64,000 nucleotides of DNA from the human T2T-CHM13v2.0 reference genome, Homo sapiens. The notes beneath the pieces are model-generated. The model saw only the letters and a list, made by a program, of their open reading frames with translations, had not been told where the DNA came from and did no database searches. Both the position numbers and the translations under genes were made by a program. The DNA lies in NCBI RefSeq assembly GCF_009914755.1, contig NC_060930.1; one strand, written 5' to 3'. This document shows, in pieces, positions 55,090 to 64,000 of this stretch (its first letter is position 1; every line of letters starts with the position of its first letter).

Positions 55090-55481
55090 AACATTTTTAG
55101 TTCCCCACAATTCATATGTTGAAGTCTTAACTTCCAATGTGACTGTATTTGGAGACAGGGCCTTTAAGAAGGTAATTACAGTTAAATAGGGTCATAAGAG
55201 TGGGGCACTAATCCAATAGTATTGGTGTTCTTATAAAAAGAGGAAGAGACACCAGAGAACTCTCCCTCTCCATGTATATACAGACAAATGGCTGTATGAA
55301 GACACAGCAAGAAGGTGGTGGCTGTCTGCAAACCCAGGAAGACAGGCCTCAGGAGAAACTAACCTTGCCAGCACCTTGATCTTGCACTTCCAGTTTCCAG
55401 AAATGTGAGAAAATTGATTTCTGTTGTTTAAGCTTCCCAGTCTGTGACAGTCTGTGATGACAACCTAACCACGGTAATACA
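55090..55481 (+). mobile_element. MLT1A/B solo LTR
   Basis: aattcatatgttgaagtc...atttggagacagggcctttaag...gcaccttgatcttg..cttccag...taataca. Confidence 0.88.
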
Positions 55482-55742
55482 GATTAATGTAATTTTCTTT
55501 TTCAGAAAAATCACGCACTACTAGAAATTAGAGATCAGTTGTTGAACGGGAATTTATAGTTGGCCTGAAATAAAGTAATAGTGTCTAGTTATTACAATTG
55601 ACGGGGCTCAATACTTGATGGTATGATGGTGTAAGGGAGTGGGAGCTGTGAATTGTCAGAATATGTATGTATGAGGCAAAGAGAAAAAAAGAGAATTAAT
55701 GAGAATGTGTGTGTGGAGGAGACATGAATTCAAGTTGGAAGA

Positions 55743-56200
55743 TGTATCAGTCTCTTAGGGCTACTATACCCCAAACTGAGCGGCTTAAACAAATGAAATG
55801 TATTGTCTCACAGTTATGTTAGTGAAAAGCTTGAGATTCAAGTACCAGGAAGGTGTGCTTCTTCTGAGGGCTATGAGGAAGAATCTGTTCCACAGCTCTC
55901 CCTTTGTTTCTAGCGGTTTACTTGCAATCTTTGGCATTCCTTACTACATAGAAGTAATATCCCAATCTCTGCCTTCATTTTTACATAACATTTTCATATT
56001 TTCTTCCTGTGTGTCTCTTCACATATGTCCTCTTTTTATACTGACACTAGTCATAGTGAATTAGAAGTCTGCGCCAATAGCTGTCATCTTAAGTATAACA
56101 TCTGCAACATCCCTATTCCCAAATAAGGTCACATTTCGAGGTACTTGGTGTTAGAATCTCAATGTGTGAATTTCGACAGGACACGATTCAACCCTTAACA
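55743..56200 (-). mobile_element. MLT1C-like solo LTR
   Basis: tgtatcagtctcttagggct...aaataaggtcacatt...gacacgattcaacccttaaca. Confidence 0.88.
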
Positions 56201-59200
56201 ATAGAACATGGGAATCAGTACCTTCTTTGCTGAAATGTTCTTTCAGTTATCCAGATTTGCACCTCTGCAAACCTTTTGTGTACCTTTGTGACCAACATTC
56301 ATGCTATGACATTACAGATTTCTCTTCTACTATAGGCATGTTTTATACTTGGTAGTGTTTTTTGCTTTATACACTTCAATTTTCTCTGCAGAAGTGTGCA
56401 TAACTCTTTAAATTACTCAATCTAATAATCGTTTCCCCTACAAAACTTTAAAATAGATGGTGGTAGCTCTATGTGATGAAAGTATATATTCCCCTCACTG
56501 TTCACTCAGTGTTTATAATGACCCTTCGTTCACCTTTTGAACTGCCCTTTTTTATAATCACTGGAGAATAGGTATGTGTTTCATCATCAAGAGAGTTCAG
56601 CAAAAAAAAGGAAGCCAGTGGGTGGGACTCTTACAGGATCTGGCTGGTGAAGTACAAACTAATTTCCTTCACTTTTTCTGAGCACTGTCAATTTTTTATT
56701 AACTTTTAGTATAAATTTATTTTTACTATAAAGTTATTAAAACTTTACTTCACAGGGAAAATGTAAAATATATAAAACAAATAATTCAGTTACTTATAAT
56801 CTCTAAGATACACACTAAGATGAACATATTTAATATTTTTATTTCCAGTTTCTTCCAGTGCTCCTCCTTCTCTTTCTTCTCCTCCTCCCCTTTCTTCTTA
56901 TTATATATTTTCCTCATAACTAGCATCAAACTATTTCTAGCTTTGTTTTCCCATATATTATTCATTGTGAGCGTTTCCTGATAGCAACTTAAATTATTGA
57001 AATTTAGGTTTGGCTGAGTGTAGCAATAGCAAAAACAAAAGCAAAACAAAATAAAAACTATCAAAATTAAAATGTTTTTCTAAGGAAAAAAAGTTAGTTT
57101 ACAATCCACATTGCGTGCTTCCTAGTGTCAGGAATCAGGCTCCTTCTATCTTGTTCTCCACAGGAAATTTCCATTGCCAAGCTCATGCCATAGTCTTAGA
57201 TGGCCATTGAATCTCTAACTAGCATATCTAGCTCTAAGTAGTATATGTTAATATAAGAGTTGCCCTCTTCAGACTGGTAAAATTTCACTTTCCCACCTCT
57301 ATTCAGAGGTGAACACCCGTGCTCACTTTCCTACATGCTGACTCTATGTCAAAACTTTGTTAACACTTGTCTTGCAGCATGATACCATCTTAGATTGAAA
57401 ATCAATAATACAACTGTAGAAACGTTCTTCCATTAGTAAGTTTATGCTTCCATTATAAATTTAGCCTGTTAACTGTGAAATAAATATTTTTTTAAATCCT
57501 CTTATACTTAGGATATATACTCTTTAATATTAGAATTTGGGCAACATAACCTGCATCCATTTGAAAATTTATTTTTCACTGAAATATGAAGGGCAGTTTT
57601 ATAAAGCACACCTTTTTAAAGGACACGAGTGAAGTACTTAACTTTATTAAAGCAATGGGCCTTTCAATTAGTTTGATAAAAAGGCTGTCAAAATTTAACT
57701 TTCTCAGTGTTGAAAGAATAATACTACTAAGGTAGAGAATTTAGCGATTGTTGAAATGACTAAAGCTTCTAGCTACTTTATTTCCTAAGGAAAAAGTAGT
57801 ATCTCAAACTAACCATTTCACTCACTGTAAACAGTATGTATCCAGTCACATAATTGGTACCTACAGAGCAATGTGGGAGAATGCATGATGAATTGACATC
57901 CAACAAAATTGCTTTAAAAGTGGATATTATGACTTTAAATATTTTTCTTGCAAGCCCATTTCTAGCACTACTCCATGTGATAAAAAATGAAACACTGAAA
58001 TAGCACATTACTACTGTTTTTCTGCCTTATTAGACAAGATAAATTGTGTAATCTTCTTTCATAGCACAAAGTGAGTAGAGAGTCATTTAATTACCTGTGA
58101 ATCAAAGCAATTTAGGCGACTCTTTCCGATCATTATCACAGAGATTCAAGAAACCGAAATGCTTAATAATCAATAACAATGTCAGCCACAAAACGAAGTT
58201 AAGCCCTTGCAATTTTCATGGCATAGTAGGGTTCACTGTTTGGCCAAGTAGGATTCCATTGACTGCAGAAGTCCTCCGCAAGACTCTCTCCTCTGACACA
58301 GTTCCTTACTCCCTTGGGTAGTGTTTGATCCTATTTCTACTCTTGCACTTATCACTGCTTAGTTGTTTTTTTTTTATTCTCTATATGTAGTCCATTTTAG
58401 TTGGCAAACATTAATAGCACAAGTGCGATTTATTGATATATGCATATTCCTAATACCTAGAAGTATATCTGCCACATTCTGGGGAGCAAAATACGTTTAT
58501 TTGAAAAATAAGTTTTAAAAACATTTACACTTTCCTCTACAAACCTACTTGCAGTGAACGTACTAGTTATGGGAATTTCCTTATGATTGGGATTCTGAGG
58601 ACGAGCCTATTAACTTCTTTAGATAGTATGTGCATTATGTTGCATGTATTCTATTTGTGATAAGTAATAACAAATTCTTCTCCCAAAACAGCAACAAACA
58701 CAAAATCCACGTCAACAGTAAAAGTCCTGTTGAAAATAGAAATGTTGAGAAAAAGGTTTTTATTGTTTTAACAGTCACAGAACATTTTAACTTACTGAAG
58801 CATTCAGTGGTCCTATACTTGAAACATAGTCTTATCATGTTTAATCAATTATTCTTGTTTATAAAAAAAATTCATTCAGAGCCACCTTGTTGTGCAAAAT
58901 ATCATTTTGGGAAATGCTACCTTAATTGTATTCTAATGTATGTAGCAATTGGCTCTTTTCTGTTTATTCTTCCAAACATTTATCAACAACCAACACTGTG
59001 TTAGGCTATGCAAATAAATAATATCTCTTTACCTTCAGTTACATAACGTGATAGCACATTTGAAACAAAAATGAGAAAATGAGATAGAGAAATGCATGAG
59101 TGCTACATAGGCTTCAGCACACTTGATCATTTGAATACGCACTATCCTTGAAGTGCAGTATCTTATCCTTGTGTGCTGAATTCATATTCTGACTTAAAAA

Positions 59201-59298
59201 TCAATTATTTATTAAACTATAATTCAGTCATTTTTATTAAAGTCTATTTCTTAATTATTTGGAGACACTCTAATTTGGTAATTCTAAAACTCTTAGAG

Positions 59299-59820
59299 CA
59301 GTGGTCCCCAACCTTTTTGGCAACAGGGACCAGTTTCGTGGAAGACAATTTTTCCATGGATCCAGAGTGAGAGGGGATGGTTGTGGGATGATTCAAGTGC
59401 ATTACGTTTATTGCACACTTTATTATTATTATATTATAATATATAATCAACTAATTATACAACTCGCCATAAAATAGAATCAGTGGGAGCCCTGAGTCTG
59501 TTTTCCTGCAACTAGATAGTCCCATCTGGGGGTGATGGGAGACAGTAACAGATCATCAGGCATTAGACTCTCATAAAAAATGCAGCAACCTAGATCCCTA
59601 GCATGCGTAGTTCACAATAGGGTCCATGCTCCTATGAGAATCTAATGGTGCCACTGATCTGACAGAAGGGGGAGCTTAGGAGGTAGTGTGAGTGATTGGG
59701 AGCAGCTGCAAATACAGATGAAGCTTCACTCCCTGGCCTACTGCTCACCTGCTGTTATGTGGCCCAGTTCCTAATGGACATGTACCTGTCTGGTCTGTGG
59801 CTTGGAGGTTGGGACCCCTG
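59299..59820 (+). mobile_element. MER1A hAT-Charlie element
   Basis: TIRs cagtggtccccaacc / ggttgggacccctg; about 520 bp; degenerate 8-bp TSD tcttagag/tgttagaa. Confidence 0.93.
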
Positions 59821-59934
59821 TGTTAGAAGATGTGTAGAATTTTAGGGAATATACAACCCTTAAAAATCTACTCACATGTATAAATATCCTACTGGGTGGC
59901 AAACTTCAGGTTAAAAATTTTTATTTAAGGGATA

Positions 59935-60075
59935 CATTAATATCTCCATTTTTCGTAGAAGAAAATAAAGTTCAGAAAGGCCAAATAATTTTTCCATGGA
60001 AATCAGCTAAGTAGAAGGGTAGAATTCAAAGCCAAGCTGGCTAAGCCTTGGTTCAATGTTTATTCCCCCAGACCA
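59935..60075 (-). mobile_element. MIR fragment
   Basis: tatctccatttttcgtagaagaaaat..gttcagaaagg...cagctaagtag...gaattcaaagccaag. Confidence 0.6.
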
Positions 60076-60878
60076 GTGGTGCCTCTTCCCTATCATGCTC
60101 CTGAGATGGTTTAATTTTTTTCTATTTTTGTTAGAAGACTTTTTCATAGTGCTGTCTTATGTTAATAAGAAATAAATAAGCAACAATTTTAGATTGATTT
60201 AATTATTACAATTGTATAGAGGGAGTTTTTTGGTAGAAAAAATGCCTGAGGGATTCAATGCCTTTAGTATTCATTGATTTGGGTTGTGTTTTCATTGATG
60301 AGGACATCATTTTGTTTTCCTGGAGTATTTTTTGAATAATAATTTAATCCATACCTTTTGACTCTTAGTTAATGATTTAAATCGAATAGATTCACAGATT
60401 ATTATCAATATGTTAGCATTGGCTAATATAATTTTCCAGTTTTGCCGCTGCTCTCAACACATCACTTCTGTCCCCTGAACAGAATCAGGCAATTATCTAA
60501 AGACTTATTTTCTCCAGCTGCCCTGAACTAAGATCTCCAAAGATGAACAATTAAAATTAGATGGTCTACTGATCTCACGATGATTTTTATTTTCACCTCT
60601 TTACTATTTATATGGGATGCTAGAACTAGAATAAAGATAATTCGCGTTATGAGATCAGTATAATGAGTCTTTTAGAAAGCATGTAGATTAATGTTGCATT
60701 TTACATTGCTATATGAAAAAGGCCACAGGATGTACAGTGAAATCCCAGTTCTACCCCTACAAAATACCTGTGCTTGAAAACATGTTTAGCTTGCCTAACG
60801 CTGTTTTTAAAATCTGTACAAGAAAGATAACAATGCCTATTTCAAAGAGTTTTATTAAGCATGGAAATAAATGCAATA

Positions 60879-60882
<4 letters not shown>

Positions 60883-60916
<34 letters not shown>

Positions 60917-60965
60917 AGACAGAGTCTCGCTCTGTCGCCTAGGCCGGACTACGGACTGCAGTGGC
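60883..60965 (-). mobile_element. Severely 5'-truncated AluYb8-lineage insertion
   Basis: 33-nt T tract; ggccggactacggactgcagtgg carries the Yb 7-bp duplication; 15-bp TSD gcaataatgattttt. Confidence 0.9.
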
Positions 60966-61329
60966 AATAATGATTTTTGTCTTTATATGTAAGTACTGTA
61001 GTTGGCATTTAAAGATGCTAAATAAAGTGCAGTTCCAATAAATATATTAGAAAGTTTTTTCTCCCAAAGATCTTTGATAAAAGATTATTATATATTTAAA
61101 AGAGAAAAACTTCATCCAAAGATTCTGTATAGGTTTGTTGGCTAAATCTTCTGAGAACTCACCACATCCTCATAGTGAAAGCATGTTTACATTGTCCTCC
61201 ACAAATGCTAAGGAGCAGTTACTGGTGTTTTTATACAAGTATGGGCTCAAAAAGAGTGGTTCCTATTTTGGTTTAATTTATAAACCAGTTGATACATAAG
61301 TAGTTTCTTGGGGGAAAATATATTACTTA

Positions 61330-61830
61330 CACATTTTCTATGTAGTAAACATGTATATGTATATGTGTGGGTGTGTATCTAACTACTTTGTTGGAGTGAT
61401 TCCTATGGTTTGGAGCTGCAGGGCCCAAGTTGATGCAAAAATCTACATTTTTGAGTAAACTCCCCATGACTAGAGTAAATTTCTCCAGTATTTGAGAGTT
61501 CTTCATTTCCTAAAGCTATACAAACATCAGATATCAAGTAAGGATCAATAATGTAATTTATAATGAAATTGCTTTCCCAGCTATTAATGTTAACTGTATC
61601 ATCTTCATATAGCCTTATAACTCATTTGTACTATTCCATTTTCCTCTGTTCCTTTTATTTTCACTTCCCTTCTAATGTTAATCTCTTTGTACTGATTTCT
61701 GAAGAGTTCATTTATGATTAAAGATATTAACATTTTGTCTAGAATTGCAAATATATTTTTTCTCATTCATTTTACTGTGGTGTTTTACTTTTTAGTTATA
61801 CAGAAGTTGTATATTGAAATATAATCTTGT
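61330..61830 (-). mobile_element. Degraded L1ME fragment
   Basis: Antisense ORF2-end-like phrases: cagtatttgagagttc..atttcc, gatattaacattttgtct..ttgcaaatatattttttc. Confidence 0.5.
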
Positions 61831-62569
61831 TCTGTTTAAAACAAAACAACAAAAACACATACATACACATTTTTTCACTATAAGGAGAAAGTCTAACTTA
61901 TGTTGGGTTATATTTTGCTAGTGTTTTTGTTTTCTTAGAGAAGCTGATAATTTATTTGTGTTTGCTTTGAGGTTAGAGTTAGCCCACATTGCTGATAACA
62001 TAGTCAATGGACATTTTAAAATTCACAAATACATTTAAGCTGTGTCTAGAGGTGATTTGAAATATACATTACATTTTGAAATAGTTTATTTTGTCCAGAA
62101 TTCCAAAGTGTTACAAACTCTCATTTCCAGAAATCTACTCTAAAGACTTGATATAAAATAGGAAAAAAATACAAAAGTTATTCATATACCAATTAATTCC
62201 TTCATACAAGATTTAAGTACCTGCCACATTCTAGACCTAAGTCTAAATTCTTGGATGCAATGATAATTGTGAAACCTTTATTCACTTTGAACCTAAGTCA
62301 GGAACACAGGCATGCTTCTCACTCTACTTCTTCCTTACGGAATAACAAAACAACTTCACAGTTGAGAAACAAGCTACCTATAGTATGGCTTGCCCCAGTC
62401 ATGAAACTCTTCCTTAGGTTCCAGAATATTCTCTCACTCTCCACCTAATTACAAACTCTTGAAACCATGAGGGCAAAAAATCTAATTAATATAAACTTTT
62501 TTTGGCTCCTTGTGCATCTATTTTGTTTTTGACAATAAAACCCAATTTCCTTTTGTGGAATCACGAAGT

Positions 62570-62925
62570 AACCTTTAACTATAATCAGGTTGGAATATTA
62601 ATCAAGGTGTGGTGCTTATGCAAGAAGCTACAAGGGACCCAGTCTAGGCAGACTGATTGTCCTTTCTCCCTGGAATCTAGATTGTGAGCAGAGAAAGCTA
62701 AATCAGAAAATGTTTGGAACTCATCTACTTAAGAAATTATGCTATGATGAAATTGTCTATTCGTTTTGCTTCATTTTGTTTAACCTAGACCTGTGGTGGC
62801 TATGATTATTGATTTTTACAGAAGTCGGTTTTCTAGACTTTGTGAGTTCTCCTCCTAAATCCTTCCATTGATTCATTTCTGTTTTGTATTACTCAGAGTT
62901 GATTACTGTTGCTTGAAAACAAATA
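62570..62925 (+). mobile_element. Old MLT1 LTR remnant
   Basis: 3' end cagagttgattactgttgcttgaaaacaaa resembles the MLT1 terminus. Confidence 0.4.
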
Positions 62926-63211
62926 ATTTCATTGAATATTTTTTATTTCCAGATTTGCTGTCTATTCTTGCACTCTCATTTATTCTTCAGAGATGCATTT
63001 TTATTTTTCTTGATGCCTTATGAATAAACCATCACTGTTACCCCCAAACAGATTTAACTTGATATCTCTTTCAGAATTTCTGGCCCAGAGTTCCTTCTTA
63101 GTCAGTTCTATGAGCTTCACCTCCTGGCAACAAATACCAAGTCTATACCCAAGTCAGGGAAATCAGTGCTTTGTTCAAAGTCTGGTATTAAATGTATACG
63201 AAAAATTTATA

Positions 63212-64000
63212 AGAGGATATAAGAACAAGATGGCAGAATAAAAATCTCCACTGATCATCCTTCCGAGCCCCCTGCAAGACCACCAAGTTAATGACTATCT
63301 ACACAGAAAAAAAAAAAAAAAAAAAACAACTTTGTAAGAATAAAAAATCACTGAGCACTCACAGTACCTGGCTTCAACTTTATATTGCTGAAAGAGGCAC
63401 TGAACAGAACAGTTCTGAATCACCTATGACACCTTCAGGTCATGTTTTCTTGGATGGTGTTAATGCCACTCCCAGCAGCAATGGCATGGTGCTGAAAGCA
63501 TCTCTGGGTACTCCGGGAAGCAGAACACAGCAATTGTAAGGCATTGAACTCAGTGCTACCCTGTTAGAGCAGAAAGGAAAATCTCAGCTGATGCCTGCCT
63601 ATGGAAGGAGCATTAAACCAGGCCTATCCAAAAGGGGATTGCCTATCCCAGTGGTTTGAACTTGAGTGCCTGAAAACCTTGCCAGAGAGGGCTAAAGCAC
63701 TCTGTGTCTCCAAGTAACTTAAAAGACAATCTAAGCCACAGGTACTGCAAATTTTAGGTGAGTCCTAGTTCTAAACTAGACTCAGAGACAGTGGATACAT
63801 GGCGGGACATGTGACATACTGAAACAACAGCTGGAGGAGACCAGGGAGTGCTGGCATCACCCCTCCCCTAACTCCAAGCTGTACACCTCCAGGATCTAAA
63901 AGATATCCTTTCACTTGAGGAGAGGACAGGGAAGAATGTGAAGACTTTGTCTTGCATCTTGGATACCAGCTCAGCCACAGAGGACAGAGCACCTGGTCAG
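63212..64000 (+). mobile_element. L1MA1-3-type 5'UTR (L1M1/M2 5' end), running off the window
   Basis: aacaagatggcagaata...gagcactcacagtacctgg...gctgaaagaggcactga; homologous to 35748-36470. Confidence 0.88.

Noticed and set aside
58630-59004. 124-aa ORF in unique DNA
   Set aside because: Non-ATG start, AT-biased composition, no recognisable domain or splice structure

Overview
AT-rich primate genomic DNA. It is very probably human, because a 5'-truncated Alu at 60883-60965 carries the AluYb8-lineage diagnostic duplication. The window looks intergenic or deep-intronic: I see no CpG island and can support no protein-coding gene or RNA gene. The only ORFs that look like protein are decayed L1 ORF2 and MaLR-internal remnants. 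Roughly half the window is transposon-derived: Alus, L1s of many ages (including a four-level nested stack at about 33-39 kb), HAL1, THE1/MST/MLT/LTR16 LTRs, Tigger3b, MER1A/B, MER58A, MER5, MIR and L2. I found no evidence for a new multi-gene system. The notable signals are of two kinds. First, mechanistic scars: two twin-primed L1 inversions, a fold-back rearrangement inside an L1, a tail-less L1, a tail-less Alu, a ~1.1 kb apparently polyadenylated foreign insert inside an old L1, and several local duplications. Second, a few unique-sequence islands that may be non-coding exons or enhancers. Repeat subfamily names come from recalled consensus features, not from a RepeatMasker run, and boundaries of old elements are approximate.
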